Positions 29,424 to 38,652 of a DNA stretch of 64,000 nt are shown here, one piece after another. The notes below the pieces were generated by a model, which saw nothing but the letters and a program-made list of their open reading frames with translations, had not been told where the DNA came from and searched no databases. The first letter of the stretch is position 1. Each line of letters starts with the position of its first letter. Position numbers and translations under genes: made by a program. The stretch is from a candidate division WS6 bacterium OLB20 (lineage in GTDB: Bacteria; Patescibacteriota; Dojkabacteria; B142; OLB20), in the NCBI GenBank assembly GCA_001567355.1, contig JYNZ01000003.1, positions 179,991 to 243,990 on the forward strand. The letters are read 5' to 3'.

Positions 29424-29432
29424 TGGTACAAT
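29424..29432 (+). promoter_or_regulatory. extended -10 element TGGTACAAT upstream of rpsP
   Basis: Same 9-mer as upstream of rpmF, 40 nt before the rpsP ATG. An AAGGA RBS follows. Confidence 0.3.
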
Positions 29433-29472
29433 TATCAACGTTATTTATCTATTGTGATTTATTGAGTTAAGG

Positions 29473-29829
29473 ATGGTTAAACTACGATTAACCCGGACAG
29501 GTAAGAAGCATGCCCCGCAGTACCGTATCATTGCTATCAGCGCACGCACCAAGCGTGACGGGAAGGCACTTGAAATTCTGGGACACTACAATCCGATGAC
29601 AAAGCCGAGCACGATTGTCATCAACAAGGATCGCGTTAAATACTGGCTCGAAAACGGCGCACAGCCTACAGACACTGTTGCCAATATGCTGGTGAAAGAG
29701 GGCATTCTTCCAAAGCCTGCAGACAAGAAACAGTTCAGCAAGCAGCCGGGACGCAAAAAACAGGAACGTGAACAGGCAAAAGCAGCTGCAGCCAAGACAG
29801 AACAACCTGCCGAAGCAGCAGCCGAGTAA
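29473..29829 (+). CDS. rpsP: 30S ribosomal protein S16 with Lys/Ala-rich C-terminal tail
   Basis: MVKLRLTRTGKKHAPQYRIIAISARTKRDGKALEILGHYNP is the canonical S16 N-terminus. Confidence 0.85.
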   Translation: MVKLRLTRTGKKHAPQYRIIAISARTKRDGKALEILGHYNPMTKPSTIVINKDRVKYWLENGAQPTDTVANMLVKEGILPKPADKKQFSKQPGRKKQEREQAKAAAAKTEQPAEAAAE

Positions 29830-29863
29830 ACCTGCGACATAAGTTTACAACCAACAACGATCC

Positions 29864-30094
29864 ATGAAAGAACTTCTGTACTACCTGCTGTCCAATATGG
29901 TTGCAGATCCTGCAACGATTGAGATTTCTGAAGAATCAGACGGTGAGAATGTAACGCTGACGGTTGACATGCCCGAAGAAGAAAAAGGTATGGTGATTGG
30001 AAAGGGCGGCATGAACATCAAATCAATCCGCAATCTTGTGTCGATTATCGCCCGCCGTGACGGCAAAAAGGTCTACGTTAAGATCGCCGACTGA
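29864..30094 (+). CDS. khpA: KH-domain RNA-binding protein KhpA
   Basis: 76 aa. VIGKGGMNIKSIRNLV is a GxxG KH loop. Conserved position directly after rpsP. Confidence 0.65.
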   Translation: MKELLYYLLSNMVADPATIEISEESDGENVTLTVDMPEEEKGMVIGKGGMNIKSIRNLVSIIARRDGKKVYVKIAD

Positions 30095-30108
30095 GAATCC
30101 CAGAGTAA

Positions 30109-31017
30109 CTACTGTAACACCTCGTCTTCGGGGAAGCTTACCGGTGTGCCGGTAATAGTTGGCTGGGTGAAGTCCAGATCTGACGAGTCCCCGTCAAAAA
30201 ACGAACCTCCATTAAGAAATCTGTTCTCAAGGAAATCAATCACAAACTGGTTAGGCACCACCTGCTCAGAAATTCGGGTATAGATACCGTCCAGATCAAC
30301 ACCCTCGTCAACAAAAAACTGGTACTTAACGAGATCCAGCTGTGCACCCCATGATGAACTGCCATCATCCTCTTCGATAAGATTAAGGCTCATCTCACGA
30401 ACAATAAAAAAGTCCTCACCCTGGTAGAGATCGTTCAGAAATGAACGGAAACCATCGAAAGTACCACTGAATCCGAATTCCGACGGTATCTCGATCAGAA
30501 TAAGTCCTTCCGTGACTTCTGCTTCATTCGGATTCTGGTCAATCAGATCCTCTCCCAGCAGCGACGAATCAAGATTCACAGCCCTGAACTCTGCAGTATC
30601 AATAACACGCTGTCGGAATGCAACCACCTCGGATGTACCGGTTGGCACTATCTCATTAATCTTGCTGATGATCTGCTGACGCGTCAGCTGCTCAGCACGC
30701 AGCGCAATCAGACGCTCGATCCGTTCATTGACAGCCTCATCCTCCTCACGCAGAACATTTATCTCATCAATTGTTGTAAAGATACGCTGGATGTTAGGAA
30801 TTACAGTAAACAGGATCAAACCCACAAAGACCACAAAACTGATAAGTGGCAGGGCATAAAACCTGATTGCCTTCCAGGTTTCGGACCAGTCAACAGATGT
30901 GGCATCCTCATCAAAGGAGATCTCAACAAACTCTGTCTGTGACTCACCGCTCAGCACACCCGGTGCTGATTGTGTCTGCTGTTCGTCTGTTGCGGGTGTT
31001 TGTGGTTCTGCTGCCAT
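30109..31017 (-). CDS. pilO: type IV pilus assembly protein PilO-like
   Basis: Single TM (ALPLISFVVFVGLILFTVI), then a coiled coil and a periplasmic domain. Start/stop coupled to pilN. Confidence 0.55.
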   Translation of the reverse strand: MAAEPQTPATDEQQTQSAPGVLSGESQTEFVEISFDEDATSVDWSETWKAIRFYALPLISFVVFVGLILFTVIPNIQRIFTTIDEINVLREEDEAVNERIERLIALRAEQLTRQQIISKINEIVPTGTSEVVAFRQRVIDTAEFRAVNLDSSLLGEDLIDQNPNEAEVTEGLILIEIPSEFGFSGTFDGFRSFLNDLYQGEDFFIVREMSLNLIEEDDGSSSWGAQLDLVKYQFFVDEGVDLDGIYTRISEQVVPNQFVIDFLENRFLNGGSFFDGDSSDLDFTQPTITGTPVSFPEDEVLQ

Positions 31018-31644
31018 TACTGCTGGATAAGATCATTAACTGCGACATCGTCATCAATCTCAACAAAGTTGAAGCTGATGCGCCCCTCAACACGCCTGTC
31101 TGCCTCAAGATCAGTCAGAGGTGCTGACCCTTCATCCGATGATACCTGGGCATTATTAAGCAACACATCCTGGATACCGTCGTATGAGGTAAACCGCCTT
31201 GTGATTTCTGCCATCTGCCGGTACGAAGCTGTAGTTACTGTTACATTGTACTTACCATCCCGGTCGCGGCCGTATCCTTTGATTACAACGCCATCCACAG
31301 GTACCGGAAACAAAGTCTCAGTAAGCTGAAAAACCCGCTCCGGAGCGATATCAAGACCAATAACGTTTGAAAGTGCATTGGTTTTGTGCACCAGCTCTCC
31401 GTTAAGGCGGAGGACATCACTGTATTCATTCTCAATAATAGCTTCCTTATTGGCAATCGAGACCTCCCAGTTAAGTTTGTGCCGGTCCATGACAAGGGTA
31501 TTAAACAGAATGAGAGCAAACCAGAGACAGACAGCAAACAGAGGCAGGACCGCTGTAAACACCGAACTGCGGTCTCGTTCTTCCTCCTTTTGTACCTCCT
31601 CATCAGATTTCTGCGGGAGAAGGTTAAACGTAAAAGGTCTTCAT
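31017..31644 (-). CDS. pilN: type IV pilus assembly protein PilN (5' frameshift)
   Basis: Track ORF 31017..31562 starts at GTG inside the TM helix. The same frame upstream reads RPFTFNLLPQKSDEE..., and NLLP is the PilN N-terminal signature. ATG at 31644 (MKTFYV*) is in another frame. Removing one T from CCTTTTACG gives MKTFTFNLLPQK.... Confidence 0.6.
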
Positions 31645-31645
31645 A

Positions 31646-32686
31646 TTACTGCGTTTTCAGAGCAAGACCCACACTGACGGTAAATCCGACAGTCGAGAGC
31701 TGGGCGACATCCGATTTGATCTTTCCTGCGATCTTAAGCCCTGCGACCGGATCGGTAACCTCAGCCTGGATTCCCAGGTTCGTAGACAGATACTGTGCAA
31801 GTCCCGGCAGCTTGGCACCATCCCCGACAACATAAATCTGCTTGGGTGTGCTTTCCTGCAGGTGGGCGCGGAAGTAGTTGAGTGTTTTGTTTATCTCGTT
31901 AATAATGATCTGCATTACCGGTGCCAGCGCTGCAGCTATCTTTCCGTCAGCCTGATCAGGCACAAGACCATAGGCACGTTTATACTGCTCAGCCTGACTG
32001 TACTGCAGACCGAATTCAGCTGAAATTGCCTTTGTCAGCTCATCACTCCCGGTCCCGAGACTTTGCGAGAAGATCGGAAACTTACCTTTGATTACGCTGA
32101 GATCAGTACCATTCGCTCCAAAATCAATAACCAGCACACTGTCAGAACCGGGGCGGTTAAATGTGATCGAACGCGCTGTCGCCATTGTTTCTGTCTCCAG
32201 TGCTATCAGCTCAAGTCCGGCTTTGCTGATAATTTCCATGTACTTATTAACTACGGTTTTCGGAGCTGCCACCAGCAGAGCCTGGATGAGATTGCGACCC
32301 TCAACGTTTTTTCTGGCGATAGGGATGTAATCAAGCTGCACATCTGACGGTGGGATCGGCAGATACTGCTTGGCTTCGTAGAAAAGTGACTGCTCAAGCT
32401 GGTCTTCCGGAAGATCAGGCAGCAGAATCAGACGGGTGAAGATAGAGGCCTCCGGCATTGCTGCGACCACGTACTTACTGCTGATGCGTGCCGCATCACG
32501 GATCTGTTTGATCTTGTCTGCAAGAATCTGTTTTGAGTTGTCATCCTCTGCCGCAACGGCACTGAACTCAGTGTCGATGCTTCCGATAGCCTCGAGTACA
32601 GCATCATCTGGTCCTTTAACAGATGTCCTCGCCACCTTTATGGTGTGGTTGCCAATATCCAGTCCAAAGAATTCGGGTAGGTTCAT
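31646..32686 (-). CDS. pilM: type IV pilus assembly protein PilM (actin-like ATPase fold)
   Basis: FGLDIGNHTIKVA...VLVIDFGANGTDLSVI...IYVVGDGAKLPGL are the PilM/FtsA phosphate-binding motifs. Confidence 0.75.
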   Translation of the reverse strand: MNLPEFFGLDIGNHTIKVARTSVKGPDDAVLEAIGSIDTEFSAVAAEDDNSKQILADKIKQIRDAARISSKYVVAAMPEASIFTRLILLPDLPEDQLEQSLFYEAKQYLPIPPSDVQLDYIPIARKNVEGRNLIQALLVAAPKTVVNKYMEIISKAGLELIALETETMATARSITFNRPGSDSVLVIDFGANGTDLSVIKGKFPIFSQSLGTGSDELTKAISAEFGLQYSQAEQYKRAYGLVPDQADGKIAAALAPVMQIIINEINKTLNYFRAHLQESTPKQIYVVGDGAKLPGLAQYLSTNLGIQAEVTDPVAGLKIAGKIKSDVAQLSTVGFTVSVGLALKTQ

Positions 32687-32801
32687 GAGCAGTTACGAAT
32701 ATTCATACACTATTCTATGGTGTGTGGTTTGAAGAATCAAGCCGCTTTGTGGGTACAAAAATCTTGCAGCGGTGTATTGATTGAGCAATAATGTCTGTTA
32801 G

Positions 32802-33080
32802 ATGACCAAGTCAACTGTCCCTACAGTGTTATTGTTACTTGCGGTAATCACCCTTATTGCCGGTGGTTTTTTCTATCTGTTCGCACGCGAGCAGCGGCAG
32901 GCGTCGCAGGCAGCGGCAGATCTTGATCAGGATCTGTATGGTTATCCATTTGAGACGCCGACCGATTCGACGTTCACCGAGATTACCCGCGGGACTGTGC
33001 AATCAGTTTCAACATCTGTTGATCTCCGCGACAGACCACGTAATCCAGAGTCTCCAGCTCAGGCGCGATCCCGTCAGTAA
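32802..33080 (+). CDS. small membrane-anchored protein
   Basis: N-terminal TM VPTVLLLLAVITLIAGGFFYLF. 92 aa. Confidence 0.35.
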   Translation: MTKSTVPTVLLLLAVITLIAGGFFYLFAREQRQASQAAADLDQDLYGYPFETPTDSTFTEITRGTVQSVSTSVDLRDRPRNPESPAQARSRQ

Positions 33081-33130
33081 CACTTCGCAGCAACGGCAGC
33101 GATTTCGAATACCGTTTCGATGAGAGTGCT

Positions 33131-33367
33131 GTGCCGGTTCCGGTTGTTGTCCGCGACTGCAGTAAGGCAGAGGAGGGCAACTGTCCTGATTTTGATGTCT
33201 ATCTTACTGCAAGTGACAGCCAGAAGGCGGAAATGATAACAGGAACATTTGCCGGACTTAGCATCACACAGCTGGGGTTTCTTAAAGCCGGTGATGAAGT
33301 CATGATTCTCTCCGAACAGAATAACAGCAACTCAGTTACCTATACTGTTTTTACCGAGAAGCAATGA
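33131..33367 (+). CDS. small hypothetical protein
   Basis: 78-aa ORF with a GTG start. Its end overlaps the next gene start (ATGA). Weak. Confidence 0.3.
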   Translation: MPVPVVVRDCSKAEEGNCPDFDVYLTASDSQKAEMITGTFAGLSITQLGFLKAGDEVMILSEQNNSNSVTYTVFTEKQ

Positions 33368-33909
33368 AACAGGCAGCATCAATCACACTCGCAATCGTTC
33401 TGCTCACCGGTGCGGCAGTGTTGTTTTACCTTGGCTGGCAGGAACTGCAGCAGATCCCTTCGGTCACTCCCGGCACAACGTCAGAATTTAAGCTACCGGA
33501 TGGTTTTTGCATACCCGAGTCAGACAGCTGTGTGATCACACACCATGCTGAGGCCCGGCTTGCCGGCAGTATGCTCAAAAGCGCCGAAGGAGACGTTGTA
33601 AATCTCCTGCCGACTGCTGATCCATTCAGATTCTCGGCAGGGTCAGATGTGACCGGGATGCTGACACTTATCGAAGGAGAAGGCGATGAATCGGTGGCTG
33701 TCCCTGTAAGCTATGACGAGTTAATCAGTCTGTCTGCCGAACGCTGTGTCCGGATGCAGATCAGTTATCTGTACCGTGTCGCATCAGCTGTCACAGTTGA
33801 TACAACCGAACTGACACTTCGAGATTCGCTGCTGAAAATGCGACCATGCGCAACCGAGACAGCCACCGGAACAGACCCGCAATTGATTTTTGAACTGCTT
33901 AACAGATGA
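33364..33909 (+). CDS. membrane-anchored extracytoplasmic protein (first gene of T4P-adjacent operon)
   Basis: Signal-anchor ITLAIVLLTGAAVLFYLGW. ATGA overlaps on both sides. Confidence 0.5.
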   Translation: MKQAASITLAIVLLTGAAVLFYLGWQELQQIPSVTPGTTSEFKLPDGFCIPESDSCVITHHAEARLAGSMLKSAEGDVVNLLPTADPFRFSAGSDVTGMLTLIEGEGDESVAVPVSYDELISLSAERCVRMQISYLYRVASAVTVDTTELTLRDSLLKMRPCATETATGTDPQLIFELLNR

Positions 33910-36496
33910 AACCGAATATTCTGCTTACAATTGTTTTCTCTGCCCTGATAAGCGCAGCTTTCGGATTATTTGCGGCTTCACCTGCCGATGCAGCCATCTC
34001 GTACGCCGGCGGCTGGTATACAAACCTGTGCGGTAACAGCACGGCTGATGCCTACAACTGCCCGGCTAATTGCAACCCTTATAACGGCAGTTGCAGCGGC
34101 AGCTACGTCTACAAATTCACCTGCAACGGACAGACGAATGAGTGTGTTTCAAACGGCACCGGCCCCAGTACGTTTCAGAGTTTTGACACAGGTATCTGCA
34201 ATCAGACACAGCAGATCGATGTCTTTAACCAGAACTGCGGACCGGTCAGCAACTGGCAATGTCCAGGCACAAGTGCTCTGACGGGATTCATGGTGTGGTA
34301 CAAACCATCGTGCTGTCAGAACACATGCCAGGGGGCCCGAGACCCCGAAAAACCGGGCAACCCGTATCCGCATAATGTCACACTCAACAGTTACACAGTC
34401 AACTTCAGCTGGAGTCACAATGATTTCGGCAGCTGCGGAGGCAACACCTGCAACAACACCTGCAACTCCCCGGTCCCCGGCAGTAACAGGTACTCACTGT
34501 ATGTTGATGGTGTCAGAGTATACAGAGGTAATAATAAATCATTCACATACACGGTCACCGGACAGAACCATACATGGTATGTCGTTGCTCACAGCAACTG
34601 CCGCCAGCGCCAGTCAAATACATGGAGCTTCACTGTCAACAGACCCCCGACTGCAGCTGCTCAGATAACCAGTAACGCACTCTGTAATGCCAATCCGGCA
34701 TCACAGGGATGGAGTGGCGTACACCCGCTTAGGGCAGGTTCAGGAAGTGCAGGGATCAACAATCCGCTACAGGTCCGGGCGACATACACTGATCCTGATG
34801 CTCCGCCAATCTGACTCTTCTGCGTGTCTGGTTTGCCGGCACATCACGACCACCATCAAGTGTGTCCAACACTCAGTTTGCAGCCAGCGGTACGGTCCAG
34901 ATGTACAGAACGCCGCAGGGTGTAGAGACATATTATATGTTTGTTGATGCAAACACTTACGAACAGATCACACCCGGCAATGGGAGGGGCATGTGCACTG
35001 TCGCAGGCAACAACCGTGTTCAGTTCTGTAATGTAACGGCACCTCCTTCAAACGCAGTGGCTTTTGCCTATCCTGCCAGCTTCCAGCGCAGCGGTAACAG
35101 TGTGATCGTTAACTGGCAGCTGGGTCTGCTCGGAGCTTCGACGTTTCCGCGTGATAATCAGGTACATGTCCACGCAAGCGACATACCCGGGGCAAACTCA
35201 GGCTGGATTGCAGATGATCTCTGGAAGGTGGATCTTAATCCTCCAGTAGTTGGGGCGACCCTGAATCTGCTCAGTGAGACTTCGTTTAACGTTACATACA
35301 GTGCAAACGACAGCTTAAGTGGTGTACTGGCAACAGCAAAATCATGCAGCTCAAACCTGCAGGGCAACGAATCAATCGTACTGATGCAGGATGCCCCCGC
35401 TGTAAATCCCAACAGCCAGAACTTCACCGGGAGCCAGACGCGGCAGACATGTTTTGACAACGCAACAGGGCAGACCCGTTACTCTGTAAGCAACACCCCT
35501 CGTGACGGATCGTTTTCTTTTGACTGGAATGCAACTGACTATGCCTGTAACCGTGCACCATCAGTAACAGCTCAGTTGCGACTTAAAAAACCCTGGCTCA
35601 TGACAGTCGATGGTGATCTGTTCTCCAGGCTGGGGATAAGTCAGACAACAATTGCAGATATCGAACGTATTCAGAGTCTTTTTCTGACAGACCAGCACAA
35701 CAGGGTACCGTACCTATCAGATTACAACTTCATGAGCGGGCAGAACTCGCTGCCTGCTAGAGACTCTGAACTCGACTTTGCAGTAAGATCCTACCTTGAT
35801 GCAAACGGAAAACCCAGGGACGAACTGGCGTACGAGAGCTGGTACGACCTTGCTGATGCCCAGCTCGAATCAAGACTGCAGGCGTCACAGCAGCTGACTG
35901 CTCAGGGACCGGTAACGTTTGCTGATGTTACGACGCACCAGATCGCGCAGACTCTTGGATCGGCATCTATCCAGCCCGATGGTTTTCCGGCTTCAGAACC
36001 TCAGGATCGCCTGAATGTAATCAGGGTGCAGGGCGACCTGCGTCTTAACAGGGTTACCTGCAACACAAAAACTGTCTTCCTTGTCAGCGGAAACCTTACG
36101 CTTGAGCCAGAGATAGGTCTGCAGGATAATCCCGCTGCTGATATTGTTAACGGCTGTCTGTTCCTGGTTAAAGAGACAACAACCATCCTTCCCGGTCAGT
36201 CTGCGGGAACACCCGGCGACACGACACCAGACTTTGACACTGTTGCAGGATTTATTGTCACCAGGTCCATTCAGATCCCTCCAGATCCTCAGTTCAACGC
36301 ATTGCGTGTAACAGGCTCCATTATCGCCAGCGAAAATAATACGTTCGACAGGGATGCAGGTGTTGTACTTAACCAGCTGTCACCGTCAGAGATCATCTAC
36401 TACGATGGGGGACGGTATATGCATCTGTTTGGCGAAGTACTTTCAATGCCGGTCAGTTTTAACATCGTTGAGAAACCGTTTCTTGATTCGTTCTGA
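33906..36496 (+). CDS. giant Cys-rich secreted protein, paralog A (~860 aa), with an apparent 1-nt deletion near 34803
   Basis: Track ORFs 33906..34814 and 34862..36496. The frame -1 translation bridging them (ANLTLLRVWFAGTSRPPSS) aligns with paralog B (ADLNRLEVWLGDNNSPAPG). Signal peptide, about 30 Cys, an FN3-like segment, and a conserved C-terminal module ending NIVEKPFLDSF. Confidence 0.6.
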
Positions 36497-37011
36497 TGCC
36501 AGCTAAATTATCCGTATTCATCCGATTCTATGTCATCGCAGTGCTGTTGCTGGCGCTGGCCGTATATCTGTCATCAGGAACACAACCGGCAAGACAAGCC
36601 TACACGGGCAGCATTGCTGTCGATCCACAAGCAGGTGAACGGTTTATCACGCACTCAGTCAGTACAGGAACGTTTGTATCGCTAACACGCCCGGAGAGAG
36701 AAAATGATTTTTTTATACTGACACTTACAAGCCCGGAAGGAGAGCAGCAACACAGCTTTGGATCCGGGGAATTCAACTTTGATGCAGTTGTACTGCGTAC
36801 CTGCGCAAATGAGTGTCCTGACTTTCAGACATATATCAACAGCGAAGAGTATCAGTCGCGCCGCCCGCTTGAACCGTTTACGCTGATTACACTCGATGAC
36901 CTGAGAGATGGTGATACAGTCTCACTGGTCAGATCTGCTGCAGGTTCGGTTGCGCAGTCGTATATTCAGGAACAGTCAGAAGTTAAGCTATTTGTAACTC
37001 GCTCACGATGA
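36496..37011 (+). CDS. small membrane-anchored paralog family protein 1
   Basis: N-terminal TM. TLTSPEGEQQHSF...LRTCANECPDF...LFVTRS. Paralogous to 37503..38081. ATGA overlap. Confidence 0.5.
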   Translation: MPAKLSVFIRFYVIAVLLLALAVYLSSGTQPARQAYTGSIAVDPQAGERFITHSVSTGTFVSLTRPERENDFFILTLTSPEGEQQHSFGSGEFNFDAVVLRTCANECPDFQTYINSEEYQSRRPLEPFTLITLDDLRDGDTVSLVRSAAGSVAQSYIQEQSEVKLFVTRSR

Positions 37012-37502
37012 AGACCCAACTGCTCACAGCTGCAATTGCAACAGTCTGCGCATTCTTTCTGCTTGTTGCCTCACAGCCTGCAGCGCCTGAACCCGTTGAT
37101 CTGTCTGTCATTGCCGAAGACACAGGACTCTGTGATAACTCGGACCTGTGCTTCATCGAGTACCAGACAAGGGGTGAATTCACCCGGGGCATGATCGAAA
37201 CCAGGCACCACAGCATTGACCCCGGGGGAGAGGCGGGCTTTGATGTTCAGATCCTCAAGCGCAACAGACAGGACGGGGCGTCTGTATATGAGATCATGCA
37301 ACAGGAGAGTACGGGTAGTGATCCGTTGTGTCTTGATATTCTGCAGGTGGAATATCTTAAAATCCCTGAGGGACAGATCAGTAATGACGATGGAATATTT
37401 GAGCAGGGTATGACCGATGTCTTTGCATATGAGTGCTTTATTGACGGCGAAGAGAGAAGTGATTATCTTGATAATACTATCTTGCTTCAACTGCTCGATT
37501 AA
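37008..37502 (+). CDS. small membrane-anchored family protein 2
   Basis: Signal/anchor LLTAAIATVCAFFLLVASQPA. Cys pairs. ATGA overlap. Confidence 0.45.
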   Translation: MKTQLLTAAIATVCAFFLLVASQPAAPEPVDLSVIAEDTGLCDNSDLCFIEYQTRGEFTRGMIETRHHSIDPGGEAGFDVQILKRNRQDGASVYEIMQQESTGSDPLCLDILQVEYLKIPEGQISNDDGIFEQGMTDVFAYECFIDGEERSDYLDNTILLQLLD

Positions 37503-38081
37503 ATGAAACTGCAAACCGGCACTGTGCTGTTTGTCGTAGCGCTGCTGTTCTTTATCGGCGCAGTTCTGTTTTACGCTGTCCGATCATCAGGCAGCGAACC
37601 GATTGTTACCGAGACTGCTGTATCAGCAGCAGGCTTTCTGTTTGCACCCGAAGAGATGTACTCGCCGCAGGGCGGATTTCAAGGTCCGGCGGGAACACTT
37701 GCTGTATCACAGGAGGTCTTATCGGGCACAATCACCCAGGCAGTATTCAGTTCCAACAAATTCGCCCGCTTCAGTGAGGACTACGCCAGCAACGCCTTCC
37801 TGACACTCACCGTCAGGGGTCCCGAAGGTGACGAGACCAGTCTGACCCTTGAAGACCCCGGCGAGACACTGTTCAGGGTCTGCACGGATGAGGCATCCTG
37901 TCCTGGATTCGCTGATTATTTTGGAGGGCTTGCTGATGCTGAGTTCCGCTATGGTCTGGCAGGAGAAATCCTGCTGGGTGACGAGGTGGTGATTTTCCAT
38001 AGCGTATTTGTCGGATCCGAGCAGGATGCCGCAGCAATCAGCAGCGATTATGATATTTATGTCACACGATATGAACCGTAA
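37503..38081 (+). CDS. small membrane-anchored paralog family protein 3
   Basis: LTLTVRGPEGDETSLTL...FRVCTDEASCPGF...IYVTRY parallels protein 1. Confidence 0.5.
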   Translation: MKLQTGTVLFVVALLFFIGAVLFYAVRSSGSEPIVTETAVSAAGFLFAPEEMYSPQGGFQGPAGTLAVSQEVLSGTITQAVFSSNKFARFSEDYASNAFLTLTVRGPEGDETSLTLEDPGETLFRVCTDEASCPGFADYFGGLADAEFRYGLAGEILLGDEVVIFHSVFVGSEQDAAAISSDYDIYVTRYEP

Positions 38082-38652
38082 TTCTCAGACACTGATAATC
38101 ACAGCAGCAGCACTCATCCTGTTTATCTCCGGTGGAGTGTTTGCAGTTATGGGGCTATCATCCTCAGCATCAGGAAACGATCCTGCTGTGACACTGCTGG
38201 ACAGCATCGGCAGTGAAAATCAGTATCGGGCCTGTTCAGGAAGCGCTGCCGAGGTATGCTTCAGCTGGCAGTATCTGACAGGCAGCTTCGCAGACAACAC
38301 GCTCACCGTGGGCGATGCAAGTCTCACGCTGTCCGGCAGGTACAACCGTGAGACAGATATTGAAGAGATTTCGCGCGATCTTAATGTGATCTATTACAGC
38401 AGGCCCGAGGGTGATCAGCTGACCGGATACCTGCAGACCGATAAGGATACGTTTGTGACTGGATCGACCGGATCCTGTGTTGAGGGTGCTTTCTTCTATT
38501 TTGACAGATTTCCGGCAGGGCTGGACCTGCTGAAGCTGCCTGTAGACGATGGTCACAGAGGCTTTCTGGAGCTGTATCCGTGTGACAGTAACCCGGCACA
38601 GGAACAGTTTTTCAGCTATACTAGACTTGAGCGCCAGCTGATTGATTTATGA
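38071..38652 (+). CDS. small membrane-anchored family protein 4
   Basis: ATG at 38071 overlaps the upstream stop (ATGAACCGTAA). TM IITAAALILFISGGVFAVMG. The track ORF starts earlier at 38008. Confidence 0.45.
   Translation: MNRNSQTLIITAAALILFISGGVFAVMGLSSSASGNDPAVTLLDSIGSENQYRACSGSAAEVCFSWQYLTGSFADNTLTVGDASLTLSGRYNRETDIEEISRDLNVIYYSRPEGDQLTGYLQTDKDTFVTGSTGSCVEGAFFYFDRFPAGLDLLKLPVDDGHRGFLELYPCDSNPAQEQFFSYTRLERQLIDL

Noticed and set aside
32802-33367. Whether 32802..33080 and 33131..33367 are one frameshifted gene
   Set aside because: Translating the second frame upstream gives no continuation of sense (SRVSSSGAIPSV...) and there is a stop at 33041. They look like two separate small ORFs.
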